In this document: piece after piece, positions 1 to 14,200 of the stretch
Layout of the letters: each line of letters opens with the position of its first letter
Position numbering within the stretch: the stretch's first letter is position 1
Origin: Lytechinus pictus
Taxonomy: Eukaryota
Reading direction: 5' to 3'
Assembly (NCBI RefSeq): GCF_037042905.1
Contig: NC_087245.1
Coordinates: 11,968,001-12,032,000 of the forward strand
Length of the DNA: 64,000 bases
Made by a program: the position numbers and the translations under genes
Notes under the pieces: model-generated
Seen by the model: the letters and a program-made list of their open reading frames with translations, nothing else
Told to the model about the DNA's origin: nothing
The model's database searches: none

Positions 1-618
1 TCATGCGCATCTCACTAATCAAATATTGCGAGCGTGAAGCGCGAGCAGAAAATTTTTGATATTCAGATCAGAAAAAGGACATTTTAAGGACTGATTTTAG
101 GAATTCATGAAGAGCAGACATATCTCACCGATCCACTAATGCGAACGTAATCACGGACAGGAAATGTTTTTTTTATATACGAAGACCTTAACATGGGGCA
201 ATCACTTTTTTAGTTATGTAAAAGAAGCATAGGCCTATGTCACTACATAAAACAATGATAACTCAAGTGCTAGGAAATATATTTGGTTTATATTGACTTG
301 AAAACGGGATGTTTTAGTACAACATGATTATATATCACGTTAAACAGACAATGCGAGCACCAGGAACAATGAAGACGTAGGCCCTGGGCAAATTATGTTT
401 CATAAAGTTATGATAAAAATGTTTCTTATGTAATGTAACATAACATAATTATAATATAATATAACATTATAATGAATAATACTTTCTTCTTTCCCACTAC
501 GTTTCTTTTCCTTTCTCCCTCTTTTCTCTTTTTCCCCATTTCCCCGGTTTTTTTTTTGTCAGCCGATGGCGGGAGCATGTGCCTCCCATGCCCCCCCCCC
601 CCCGTAGTTACGCCACTG
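1..618. mobile_element. Partial non-autonomous DNA transposon ending in ...ACGCCACTG|TA (CAGTGGCGTA-type terminus with poly-G)
   Basis: Reverse complement reads TA CAGTGGCGTAACTACGGGGGG...; CpG-rich interior; other end not seen in window. Confidence 0.55.
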
Positions 619-864
619 TATGTCCATATGGCAAATACCCCTCCAATATTATTATCTTTTTACCCCATGATGGTTTAATGGTTTTATTAGAGATTACATT
701 CAAATTTTTTTGACATTCCATCTTAATCCCTCCCAAAGACCCCAACATTGATGAATTGGAAGAAACGGGGGTTTCTCTTCAATGTTATAATAAGGACATA
801 AGTATTTCGTTTGGAAATGGTGAACTGGCTCTTTATTTGCATTTTATGATTCAATAATATTGTT

Positions 865-1039
865 TTATTTGTTAAGCGGTATTTTAGGAAGAATTTTCAC
901 CAATAAAACAATTATCTCTTGTGATTTTTTTTTACTTCTTTCGTAAAAAGTGGGGGGATGATTGTACAGGCCATCCCCCCCTCCTCGAAAAGTGGGGGGG
1001 ATATATCCCCCCCCCATCCCCCCGGGATTTACGCCAGTG
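865..1039. mobile_element. Related MITE fragment (CACTGGCGTAAATCCCGGGGG terminus on - strand)
   Basis: Terminus similar to the 1-618 element; alternating poly-G/poly-C blocks and a direct repeat of aaaagtggggggga. Confidence 0.45.
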
Positions 1040-1359
1040 CATAGCATTGTAAATCCAAATCAATGGAATATAATTTCGCTCTTTATCAATTCGTATAGTC
1101 GTATAGTCGTACTTTATCAATTCGTAAGACAAAGTCGTACTTTACTGAGGCCGCAATCACAAAAACACTACATGACAACAGAGAAACGGTCATATCGTTT
1201 ATGTCAAATCATATTTCAGATTTGAAAAAAAAATGAAAAGTGGAATGTATCTAAAAAATAAAAATAAAAGGTTTTCCACCTCCTAACACTCACAAACAAA
1301 AAGACCCCAAATCAACGACATGTGTATGCATGTGGCACTCCATAAACAATCTGTTGACT

Positions 1360-1647
1360 TTTCCGTAGTCTACGGCGTCATCTTGTCCATTTTGTTAGAG
1401 ATTTCCAAATAAATGCGACTCAAAGGAAAGGATTGGAAGATTTGCTTTTTAAATGAAGCTTGACTTCTGTCATTGTTCCTGATTTCGACGTAGCTGTATT
1501 TGCGATCGTGATAAAGTAAATCTTGTTCGTTCCTCTGTAACTGGACCAGTCACAAGACCGAGCAGCAGGAGCAAATCGTTAATCGGGCACCAGGACACAA
1601 AGCCAGACGGGGCTGGGCCTGCCGGTCCGGGAGTGAATGGCCGATGG
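1360..1647 (+). promoter_or_regulatory. Putative promoter, 5'UTR and first exon of the MPP7-like gene (ATG 1644, donor G|GTAGGT at 1647/1648)
   Basis: Locally GC/CpG-rich non-repetitive segment. ATG-G followed by a good donor supplies the phase-1 base needed by the exon at 8175 (M-A-L-Q-Q). In-frame stop upstream at 1512-1514. TSS not determinable. Confidence 0.55.
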
Positions 1648-4600
1648 GTAGGTTGGGAGTAGTCGGTATCTCAATTCTCACATTGTATCAGACTCAGTCA
1701 ATACACACAGTCCCAGGAAGAGCTAGGGTATTGCCACACATATAACAATGCCTTGAAAATCACTTCCCCACGAGCTGATGATGCCAAGAATCTTGTAAAT
1801 ATTTGATATCTCCAGATCTAGACTCTAGAGTAAAGTGCCCAAATATCGGACAATTATAATTGGACCAAACAAAAATACAATCATTGAATCAAATAAAAAT
1901 CATGTGTATTTCTGTAGTACAAATGTTGAATATTGATGTCATGAAAAAATTATGGTAAACGGACATTATTAACTTACTACCAGAGCCAGCTCCAGAGGCT
2001 TGTTTTTTGCAAAAAATCGGACGCGTAGAGTTATGCGTCACGATCAATTTCGGCGAATTAAATGGCGCTCTAGACCCAAAAATAATTGCTTAATTGTTGA
2101 TGAAATAATTCATTTTAGCTGCGCAAATGCCAATTTTAATTATTACTATCAATTTTGACATAGAAATTGGTAAATAATGATAATTTACTTACCAAACGGA
2201 CCTCTTTCGGCTCTGAACATCGGACATCTTATCTCAGTTGCGCGCGACTTTGTTCTGAAAACGAGCACGTGCGTCAACAGCACGCATTTCAAATTCAATC
2301 GGCTGATATGTCTGATGTTTGGGATCGTGCCATATTTGGAAGGGTGTAAAATTTCCCGCCGTAAGGAACCCCCGCAGAGGCCAATGCAGTTTTTTTTTGC
2401 GATAGATCGAACATGTGCGATCTCAGCAGCAATATTTCCGGCGGAAATCACTCCCCCCTTACAAGATTTTTTTTGGTCATCGATCTTTTGGAGTCCATAA
2501 TTAGCGATGGTCATAAGAATCTCTGGAATTCAAAATCATGGATTTTACCCCTGGATTTAACCCCTGGAATATTTTTTGGGGGCAGCAACTTGGATCTACT
2601 GTGTGTGCAGTTCAATAGCAAGTATGTTCATGTATCTTATGCATGGAAGTCCCTAGACCAAAAGCTTCAGTCTCTGTATTTTGGTTGTTCCGCTGAACTA
2701 CGTTGGCTCCACTCACCATACATAGACTGAAGGGGATGGGGCCCCGTACCTACAGCCAACGTATAGTGAACTAGCGTTTTATAGATCGCGATTTAAAACT
2801 GTTTTTTAAGCAAAATTGAAAGTTTCATGGTTTCCATTATCAGGGAAATATAAATAACTTAAGTAATTGCATACCTTGGGCCGGAGTTATTGAAAAAAAT
2901 CCTCTGGATGATTGAGAAATCTGTCATCTAAGACATTTTCACCTGACCTGACCGTTTTTCTTGCAAGTTGCCATCTTGAATGACGTCATTATCGTTATTA
3001 ACTTAATGTCTCGAATCGATATATCGCGATTATAACTAGTACTAGTACTAGTATAACTAGTATCGTTTATCTTTGGTTTCGTTCGCATATGGAGCAGATC
3101 GTATAATATCGAAAGCAATATCGATATCACATTCGTGATTGTTGACGTTCGTTTGTAAATATTTTATAGTTTGGCTGCCATTTTGACCATTTTTATCGTG
3201 TTCAACCCAATTAAACATCGGTAAAGTATATTTTTCATGCCTTTTTCATCTATATCGTTTAAAGTATTTAAATATTCGAATATCAAGGTCTAAAAGTTTG
3301 TTGTTTATACATCCTTAGATTGTAAATTCGATGTGTAAAATTACATCAAACTTTGGACTGTGAATTGACAAAAGGGAGGGAATGAGAACACATGCGAGCC
3401 CACACGTACACCCTACCGTCGGTAAATGGGGATTACAGTAAAATGTCAGAAATTGTTGAATAAATCCCCAGAAACGACGGTTATTCCTGTCTAGGAAGTC
3501 CCCTGCCAGTGCGGGTCCCTGTAGTTATGGGGAGGGAGTTGAAGTTATTTTTGTCCGATATTTGGAACCGTCCGATGTTTGGCGACTTTACTCTAGATTA
3601 AGTAAGATCTAGATCTGTATTATAAGTTTTACAAAGACAAAGTCAGACCAAAGCCAAAAGGCAAAGTGAAAATTATTTTTTTACCTATGCTAAAGTTAGG
3701 TCTAATGTTTTGTTAGATCTAACTTTACATCATGTACATGCACAAAATTGATTTAAAATAATTTTTTCTAAAATCATACTTTTCTACCGCTACCATAACC
3801 TGGGCTTAGTACCAGAAATTATCAGGCTTAGCCTAAGGTTTAGGAACAGGGATGAAGTGGACTATTTGTGGATGACAATACTGCTGGGTAGTAGTTTCAC
3901 AATGTGAGTGCCATGCCAATGCTTGCAAGGCAATAGAAGTCATAATACCATACCCATTGCAGTGTGTCAATTATCGTCTTGTGCTTGCGCAGCAATATTG
4001 TGTTCTGTGCAACTGTTTTAATTCATGCATTTCATAATACGTGCCCTTAATTTATATGACATTATTCATTCATGTATAATCCTTAGAGATCGTTCAACAA
4101 GTACGTAATAACATTAAAGGTCAAGTCCACCCCAGAAAAATGTTTATTTTAAAATAGAAATCTATAACAGGAAAAATCAAACAAAGATAATGCTGAAAAT
4201 TTCATCAAAGCTGTTGTAAAATAGTGTTACATCTCCTTGTATGACATTTTAACGTTTCGCTTATTTTTCACAAAACGGTTAGATGCACAACTCAGTGATA
4301 TGCAAATGAGAGAGCCAATGATGTCTCTCACCATTTCTTTTGTTTCTTTATTGCTTGAATAACACAATATTTTCAATTTCTACAGGTTTGACAACAATGA
4401 CCAATTTGACTGAATCACAAAATGTTAAAACAATGTTTCCACATGTTCAGGGAGGGATAAAACTTTGTTTCACTTGACAATGAGGAGAAAATTAACATTT
4501 CATATAATGAAATTCAAAAGAAATAGTGAGTAGGTGTTGTCATCAGTCTCCTCATTTGTATACCGACCATGATGTGCAATTGTGCATATAGTGTATAACT

Positions 4601-5184
4601 GTTTGTAAAATTAAGCAAAACTTTAAAATGTCAACTTTTTTCTTTAACTTCATTTTAGATTAATTTTTCATTCATATGCTTGTTTGATTTTTCTATGTTT
4701 ATTTAAATCAACTTTTTGTTGGGGTGGACTTGTCGTTTAATCATAGAATTTATAGGTGTTTCTTTTTCATCATTCTTTTTCAAAGAGATAATACCTCTCT
4801 TTACATTTCCCTGGAATTTCACTACTGATTAGTCCTATTCTACCCTGCGCTTGAGATTCATGTAAATATAAGCATTCTTATAAAAATAGGAACGATCCTA
4901 TTGCAATCTTTCTTTTCCTATTTCTTTGAAATAATGTATTTAAATAAGTCGTTCTCTTTTCTCAAAATAAAATATCTAAACTTCTTCCTGTGTCTTAGCT
5001 ATCAGGATTGGTAGGTATAACATTTTTCTTTCACTTTTGAATTATCACTAGGGGCCATGCTATCTTGTCTGTTTTGGGGGAAGGTTTCAATCCACAAGCC
5101 TCTCATTATTTTGATCATGAATGGAATATGTTGTAATAATAATAATAATAATAATAGTAATGATAATAATAATAATGATGATGG

Positions 5185-5215
<31 letters not shown>

Positions 5216-8200
5216 GGTGATGATGATGATGGTGATGATGATGATGATAATAAAACAGCTTTCATGGTTGTGGGTAGAAAGACAGAAAGACAAGACATAT
5301 CAAATGCAAACTTTGCAAGATGGCTGTGTAAGCAGGAATTTTTTCTGTACCGTACTGTTCCTAAAAAAAACTTTGCACAAAAGTTGAGAATTTTGTGCAA
5401 AAAGTAAGATGTTGATCACTCAAAACTAATGCAAGGTTAGGGATTTTGATAGTAAAAACATTCAGAATGGTCATTTTACATGTTTACCAAATTGATGGTA
5501 GGCCTACCATCAGCCAGCAGAAAGGTGATTATCAGGCCTTCCATTGCTCTTTGTGATTGACTGAGAAAGTTTCCAGGGTCCCATAACACAAAGCTTAGTG
5601 ATTGATTGTACGCTTGATTTTGACGACTGATTGTACATTATAGTCAATGGACTCAATCGTAGAAAAATGTTCTATGATCATTGCTAAGCTTTGTGTTATT
5701 GGCCCCATGTGTAATAGATGTAGCGCCAAGTACATCACTGAAACACTCAAATTGGGACATCTTTTGTTTGCAGTGTAGGAAGTTAAAGAACAAGTATATG
5801 CTGACATCAGGTGAATTTAACCCCCCCCCCCAAAAAAAAAATGAGAGAGAGAGACCAAGGGCTAGGAATATACACTTGACAAAAATGACAAGAATAACTG
5901 AACTTGAATTTACAAAGTTTTGAATTTGTATCCCCTCATTCTGTGAGCAAGTGCCACATAAATATGAATATCCAATGTCAAAGGTGGGGTGATGGAATAG
6001 TGTGATAAGAATTATGTAAATGGTTTTAGAGGCAGTATTTTTAATGTGTCATGGTCATCTCAGAAAGCAGAAATATAAAATTTGATCTTATATTTGTATG
6101 ACTATAATTAAATCATCAAAAATTATTGGACAGTTTTTTAAGATATATTGGATGGTATGTTTTTTAAAGTGAATATTTTCCCCATCCACAAGGTAACTCA
6201 TGATCATATGACTGCGCATCATTTTACGCAAGTGTGCATATACATGTATGCTGTATTCTTGGATTGTGCTACTGTAGATAATCGATTTGTGATGTTACAA
6301 TGCGATCGTCCATAATGTAATAAAATACTTCACAAGTTTGATTTGCATGGTCTGTCCACGTAGTTTGGATCTGAGACAAGATTATCAGTAAATCCACAGA
6401 AAATAACATAAGTTGCCTGTTTTTGTGGATTATAAAACAATAATGGATAAAAAGCTTTTCGGATTGAGTCCTGAGATTAGTCCAGTATTGTTTCCTGACT
6501 CTCCCAATATCTTATCTAGATATATTTCCCCATTTCTCACTCAGTCTTCCAACATTATCTATTGAAAATGTGTCTGATACATGTACAAATATAATTTCAT
6601 TTTTATTGGAAAATAGCTTTTGATGGAAATTGCATCTCCTAACAAATGAGGGAGCTGCTTGGATGTGATGCGATGTTTATAGAGAAAAAAATTGCATTTT
6701 GAAATGTTTCATCTCTCTTTATGTACAAAGTCTACTGGAGTGGAAAACTCACAAGCACTGATGAAATAAACAGTAGGGAATGGACTGGTGACTTATTTCA
6801 TGATAATGTCATCAATCAACCTAAAAATCCATGCATAACTGTTTTTTCCATTCCTACACTGTACCTGGAATTGAATGTGAGGTCCTTCTGTGATACAAAA
6901 TAGGCCTACAATTCAGTATTAGAAAAAAAACGCACCCTGATACAATACATAACTAATAGAGGGTATGAGTACTGTATAATTAGATTGCTCTCAGAGTATT
7001 GGTTGACATTGTAGTACATGTATTGTACAGTACTACCAAGCTCCCTTGACATTTACTTGAAGATTTCCCCCAGCTTACTGCCTGTCTTCAAAGAACTTGA
7101 CATGATAATAATTTTTGTCATCTTTATCTCCATGGATGTGGCATTTGTTTCTAATCCTAACTTGTACACATTCAAATTTTGAAATGATCCTATCCCTTAA
7201 ATCCGGTGTTGTATTGGATTATGAAGCTAATGTTTTAGTCATGTGTCATTGCTTTAATGAAAGATCAGTATCTTATTATCAGCAGTGATCTCATCAGCAG
7301 CTCTGGTTACATGCACGTACAGTATGCAAGAGAACTTGCTGGGTAACAAATTGGGAATCATCAATGCCTGGTAATTTTTGCTTTGATTCAAAACTGCTCA
7401 TTGGCACGTACCCGTGCATAATTCTAAAGTGCATTGAACAGAGATTGACAGGAATTTGGGAGAAAGTGGAGATATAGAGAATGGTGTGTCATGTGTGCAT
7501 TCTTGGCCAGTTCAAGAAATGAAAGCTAGATACTGCAATCTTTAAAGTGGAAGCAAACACTTGAAACCAGTTGGGTTATATGAAAAAAAAACACTATTCA
7601 GAGAAAGATCAATGAAAGTGAGAAAATTTGATAACATAGTTATGATGAACCTTGAATACTTCATATAAGGATATCAGCATATTGACAATGTGACCGAGAT
7701 GTGTGATGTGATAGTTCATCTACTCTCCCCTTTGATAGAAAAAATAATTACCCATTCTCTCATCAATAAAAAATCCAGGGGTAATACACAGGGGCTCAGG
7801 GAAATTTTGCCCCAAAAATACTCAAACAGCAATGAAAATTCAAAATGGAGCCCTAGATAATCCCAATTCATTGCATTGTTATAGCTTATCCAATGTTGGA
7901 GAATTAGGCGGTAGTTTTGTGAGAAGTAGCCCCCGAAATAAAAAATATATACATATACCGGTATATGTTTTTTGCCGGGTACAATCTATTTGCCTGTGAA
8001 ACTAGGTGCATTTTGTGAAATGTGTGTACACGTCTTCCCATACATGTGAGTAGAACCATGGAGGTATTATTAAAAGGATCTACCTATAGACTTGATAAGT
8101 TCAGACAATTTAAGTGATGTTGTCATACTGAATGTCGAACTAAAACATCTCATATTTTCATTCCTATTTTACAGCTCTACAGCAGTTGCTAGGCTGTTTA

Positions 8201-11200
8201 GATCAGATATGTGGGACGATAGGTGAACGGCAGGAGAACCAAATATTCCTCAGGAATCTACTGAACAACAAGGAACTAGCAGCTCTTTGTCAGGTATGTA
8301 TGAGAATGTGTAATATTGTGTAAAACCCTTGTTCAGGGGTAGAGATCTATTTGATTTTGCATGAAATTTATATTTAACTGTGAGTCTGGAGGGTCTTCAT
8401 TATTTCTTATATATTTGTATTTCATCTTTTTTTCATTATTCATACAAGTAGGCATATTCTGTTGTTTTATTCTTTCGGTATAAGTTATATATTTTTGTGG
8501 TTAGGATTCTTCTACAGGAATATGAACTATGCATATTGTAAGTTTATTTCATTTGTACGTTCACATAGACAAAGTCAGTATAATTCTTTATAAAGTTGTT
8601 GATGTTTACCTTCATTTGCTATCCAGGAGTCTTTACCAAGTTTGAAGTTAAAATCTAGATTGGTAAAATATCATCGTGTATTCAGGGTAGTGTTGGGAAA
8701 ACTGCAATTTTTGTATAACAACAAATCTTACAGTACGTTGACTACTAATGATAGAAAACAGGGTTGACAATTACTTGGGACATTAAGGTATTTCCTGCCC
8801 AGGTGGGAATTACTGGGAAAATTTTGTAAATGTTGGGATAAGATGTACAAACAGGTACATGGAAATGCTATGCTTGTCTTGAGAAACACCTGGACAATAC
8901 CTGAAATACTCAAGAAGTATATTTTGTAGTACTATCGTCACTTGTTGGCTTTTCCAATTTTGGCCCAAGATGCACATACGTTGAAAAGATGGAATGAGAC
9001 CTGAAGGCTGCTGGACATATGTGTGTATGCTCACTATTTTTAATTGCTGGACTGGACTGAGGATACCTAAAAAGGCAACTTGACCACTGAACTAAAAATA
9101 AGAATAATAGTGAACAACAGTTATTGCTAATATGAACAATATTAGGAAATGTTGATGTGAAAAGACAGGCACACATGTCACTTGAATAGCCATCATGGAT
9201 AAAGAATTTGTTTGGATAGTTTTAATGTCAATTTGTAACCTGTGTCTTCAACTATTTCTATTAATGATTTATGAACTAACATAGCAACATTCTTCTTTGT
9301 TCTGAATACCCCCACCCCCCTCTGTTGCACACTAAAATACATTAGCTATTAAGAATCATTGAAAATTATGTCCACCTCAAAATTAGAAAGGTTTGAATAC
9401 ATTTTGTTCTACCTGTCAGATGAATGGTTGGTTTAAGTTGAAATAATTCTGATTAATATCTTAAAGGTTATGAATACCATGATACATCACACCAAATCTA
9501 CTGAACACTTTCAAACATTGGATGGTGCTGTGGTTGCTAATCCAACACATTGATAGATAGTTCAAGGGAGTAATATTTCCTGTCGATGAAATGCATAGTT
9601 CCTATTACCAGAAAGTTCAAAGTTAGGATCATTCAGCCCTTGGATCGGGTTTCAGTTTTCCGCTAGTTTACATGTCTTTCTAAATTTGTCTTTGGAGATT
9701 AACTGTTTTTCTATGATGCAATGTAAAGCCCATGACTGATACAAGTGTCATGTTATCAGAGAAATAAATGATGAAGCAAGTTTAAAACAGTAGTTTCCGG
9801 AAGATTATTTTCAGTAATTTCTAGTTTATATTTAACTTGATGTATAAAGGATACATAGCAAAATAGTGCTAGACTTTTTTTTGAAAAAGTGTATAATCAT
9901 GGATAAGTGTCTATCATCTCATTGTTTACCTTTTTTAAAATTTTGTAGTATATTCTGAAATTAATGCATAAGCACAAACTGTGAAATGATAAATTTTCTA
10001 GAAACTTGGCTACATAGTTTTTATTCTCTCAGAAAAACATTTTTTAAACACCCCTTCCCTATTTAAGAAATAACAAGTGCCCTGTACAGTGAATGTGTAT
10101 TGTTAATTATTCGCTGCCGGTGATCCCCCTCCTAAAAATTGCATTGAATTTTTAATCCTGTTTTGGCAGTATTCAAGTGGTATCACCAGTTTGTTTGTCA
10201 GTGCGATTGTAAATGTCAACATTTTGTTGCACACCTATGTTGTACTCTAATATTGCAGGACTTCATACTGTGTTGGGGTAAAATGTTTTGCCCATAAAAT
10301 CGAGTCAAGGATTGTATTTGGTTCAATATTAGTTCACTGCAGGAATTTTGCCAAAGTTTATTCCTGACAACATTGAGGCCAGTTTACATCAGCCAGAGTT
10401 TTTAGTTTATCCCCCTTTTTTGTTCCCAACAAACTCCTGAGCAGAACAAGCTTGAGATCTGTTAGTGGGCAATTTTTTGTATAGGTTTTATAGATGGCAA
10501 TCATAAATCAACAATGGCGCAATAATTGATGACTCATCCAGTGAATTTGCAAATATAGATGTCTGTGTTTTTTTTTCCTAAGCAAATTGTATCATTGTAT
10601 ATTCTACCATTATACTGTGGTATTACACATTATTCAAATATAGCACCCAAAGTGTTCCTGAAGGTGTCTGCTCTGTAGCGCTTCTGTTACATTCCATGCT
10701 CAAGACATAATTTCAATTGGGCTGATGAAAACAGGGTTCCTTGAATCTTTTAGAGGGCTGATTGGGCTCTAACAGATTGAGTAAACTTAGGGCTTAGGCT
10801 CTTTAAAAACTGCCTTTTTTAAATTATCATTATGAAGCATTAAGAGTAGGCCTACATAGTACATGTACATGTTTAAGTCTTCATCATACAGTACACTGAA
10901 CATGTATGCATTTTTTTTTAATCAGCAAAGTGACCAGAAATTAAATCATATTTTATGAGTCACATGTTGTGCACACATTCAAGCTGTTTTTGTTGTTTGC
11001 TTGTTTGCTTGTATGTTTTTTTTTTGTTTTTTTGGGGGGGGCATATTTATAAATGTTTTGACAAACATACATGTATATGAGGAGTAAAAACAATTCTTTG
11101 CAGTAGACCTTTGAAATACCTGCCAACATGTACATGTAAATAACAAGAAATGAAGTTGAAAACCGATTGTTTGGATCTTTCTCACAACACCAATGTTTGA

Positions 11201-14200
11201 TGAGCATTTTCCACAAGCAAGACATCTCTTAGCAAATGTCAAACGAGTGTTAAAATATTCATGAAAATATTTGGACTTTAATATTCTTGCTTTTTTACAT
11301 TGGATGTGACTCATAGGTGCTCCTGTTCTATTACAGGTTGCTATGAAATTTTCTTCTTACAACACATCCATGCAGCTCATCTTCCTTGAATACAAATTAA
11401 CAGATTTCAGAGTTTCCTGCCAAACATAACCAAAAAAAGTAAAGTTGGAGGAACAGCAATGAGCATTTCATTTTTCTTTCAACATCTGTTTTGTCATACA
11501 AGATTAGATTTATTTTCACTGGATCTATAGACTTCCTGACAGACAAACAGATTCCATATCACAGGGGGAAAGGAGGATTTCTTGAAAGCTTGAGGAAGAA
11601 CCGTTCCTCATTTCGCTGACTCCATATTCGTCATGTATGTAGACAAAACTTTGGCTTAATACTTCCTGACAGATGAAAAAGTGTCGCCAACACTCAACGA
11701 GATGACTTTATGTAGGGTTTGTTGATTATTCATGCATTCCATTAGCTGAGTATGTTAATGACTTTGAGGCATTATCCGTACAGCATTGAATCGACCTCCA
11801 CAACAGATGCAGATTTCAAGCGCCACATCAATAAGATTATTGTCATGGTAATCTTTATTTTTAACTCATATCCATCGGGCGATAGAATGTCTGCTTGGTG
11901 ATTGGGAATGAAATTTTCATCAGTGTTCAGAATTTCTTGATAAGTTGTAGTGGGGCCATTTGGATGTTGGTGTCTCACTCATAGATTTATTCACAAGTGC
12001 ACAAACAGTAATAGAAATAAATAGTATTACCAATTGGACTGCAAGAAGTACATACAGCTAGGCTTAATGTCATCTAGCTTTGGTTAGTAAATTTTGTACA
12101 AGATGAACATATAGGATAGGGGGACTTGTGTCACTTGTAGTATAACCAAGGCCTAGCCTACAGAGATGTGTCACTTTGATAAATCCCCTTTTTATACATG
12201 TAGCTTCTGATTGCTGTCATCATCATTAACATCTTTCTCTCAACATCCACTGTTCTGTAAAATGAAATGTTCCAGTATGAAACTATGAATAATCTTTTTT
12301 GATGATGAATGTATTATTTCCCATCAAGATATACTGCCAGTGCCTTCTAGGTATACATGTATGTCTGTAATATGCACAAAGAAAGCTGTTTAATTCTCCA
12401 ATCAAATTTCATGAAAAATATAATATGAATCTTTTAGAGAACTGTATTTCAGATTTAGTTTGAAATTTAGTATTAAATGTGCAGAATTGTCCTTTACAAT
12501 TGAGAATCTTAGCAACGCCAAGGCACTCTACACATGTTTTCTTGTAGTAGTATAATTATCAAATTTCAACCATTTCCTTTATGCCTAGAAGGTACCTTAG
12601 CACTGACACTCACTTTAAAGGAAACCAAACCCTAAAGAATCAGTGTGGTGAAAGATATAATATTTATTCCCACCTAGTAAAGCTATTGATTCATATATGA
12701 TGAGGGATATTTTTCCTTTTGATATATGATATCATCTCTTTTCTGCCTTTCATACCTCAATTTCCATATTCTTTCTCTCATGTTTTTCAATACGTATGTG
12801 TACCTTGTTGAAGTATTTCTGTTTGAAAAACAAGAAACATTTAAAAGCTTGCTGTTAATTGGTACAGTGTATTTATTGATGTGTTTCAAATTCATTATGC
12901 AACTTAATTGTATACTGTGAACTTCTTGTGCTTTTATACAAGAGACATTATATCCCCATTATATATGTGATCTTGACACAACTGAACTGATTTCAAGACG
13001 GGGGGGGGGGGGGGGGGCATTCTACATTTTATTATTTGTGAACATGTACTTTACAATTAAACACAAATTTGAATTTGTAGAATTTAACCATTTGTAAGTT
13101 TAATAAAGAATTTCAAATCAACAAAAGAACATTGTATGATAGGCATTCATGCAGCGCCCTCTATCTGAAAATGATATTTTTCCAAGCAGATTATCATTAT
13201 TGCCACTTCCAGCATTCAGAATTAATCCTATTTACCTCACCTGGGTTGAGTGCAGCAGAATGTGGTATATTTCTTGCTTCAGGAAGGAAAATATATAGAT
13301 GGGATTTGAAACAATTACCCTGTTTGGAGGAAAAGAGTCAGAATCACAAGATCACAATATTTATGCTACGGTAATCAATTTTTAAGTTTGTGTTCCTCTC
13401 CTTATTTATTTTTTCTGCAGGCTCACTCAGTCATTGAAGATTTTGATGAATGGAAGTATCCCCCTGCCGATAACAATGCATTTCAAATGCTATATGAGGT
13501 AATTAATTACATCATTTTTTGTGTGTTACAACAAACCACATTCAAAATTGATTTCCTGTGGTATCCCAAGCTGATCTCCCATCAGCTTTGCCGATCTCTT
13601 TTTTTTTGCGTGTAGAGATGCAGAAACAGGAGTATTAAACAGAAAAGTGTGATGAGTGAATATGCAACATCACAAAATGAAACTTTTAATTCAATTCTTT
13701 TTATTTCAGCTTGGTAAAATAGCCCTCGATCAGCCAATGGCTGGTTTTCAGAAAGGCTGTGCATATACAAACAATACAAAGAATAATTAAACCATAGAAA
13801 AGTGAACAATAGTACAGCTTTAAAACTTAACGACTATGACATACTTTGATGGATTTTTGCCAAACCTTCATTGATATGTTTCTCTCATTTTCCTCCTTTC
13901 ATTAAAACCAACTGGACTTCACAGTCAAGCAAGTTGACTCCCTCTTTCAGTTTTGATGTAGTGAGAAGTGAGACCATATGATGGTTGACTTTACTATCTG
14001 TTTTTAATTCAGATTTTGTTTGTTATATCCTTTCATCTTATCTCAGGTCTGTGAAGAGCTGCAAGACTTTGTCAACATGCCTGAGGTCATGGAACTCTGC
14101 TGCCTGCTCACAAGAGCCCACATGAGGGCAGTGTTTGACATCCATGACCAGATCGCCAACAAGGACTATGTACCAGAGCTTCCCCCAGAGTTCCCAGCTG

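Noticed and set aside
2167..2730. ORFs of 105-109 aa inside the 1.77-kb TIR element as a possible transposase
   Set aside because: No HTH or DDE/D motifs recognisable; short overlapping frames typical of GC-richer non-coding DNA.
5002..5407. Four overlapping ORFs with poly-N/D/G, poly-S/P/L, poly-I and poly-M/V
   Set aside because: Artefacts of the compound trinucleotide microsatellite; no domain similarity and not needed in the MPP7 model.
11772..11978. 68-aa minus-strand ORF as a nested gene exon in MPP7 intron 2
   Set aside because: No recognisable homology, no convincing splice sites and no partner exons found.
12998..13017. Poly-G/poly-C runs here and elsewhere (e.g. 21259, 29513, 36455, 51143, 63590) as G-quadruplex regulatory sites
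   Set aside because: Common homopolymer/MITE-derived tracts in this type of genome, with no positional pattern suggesting function.
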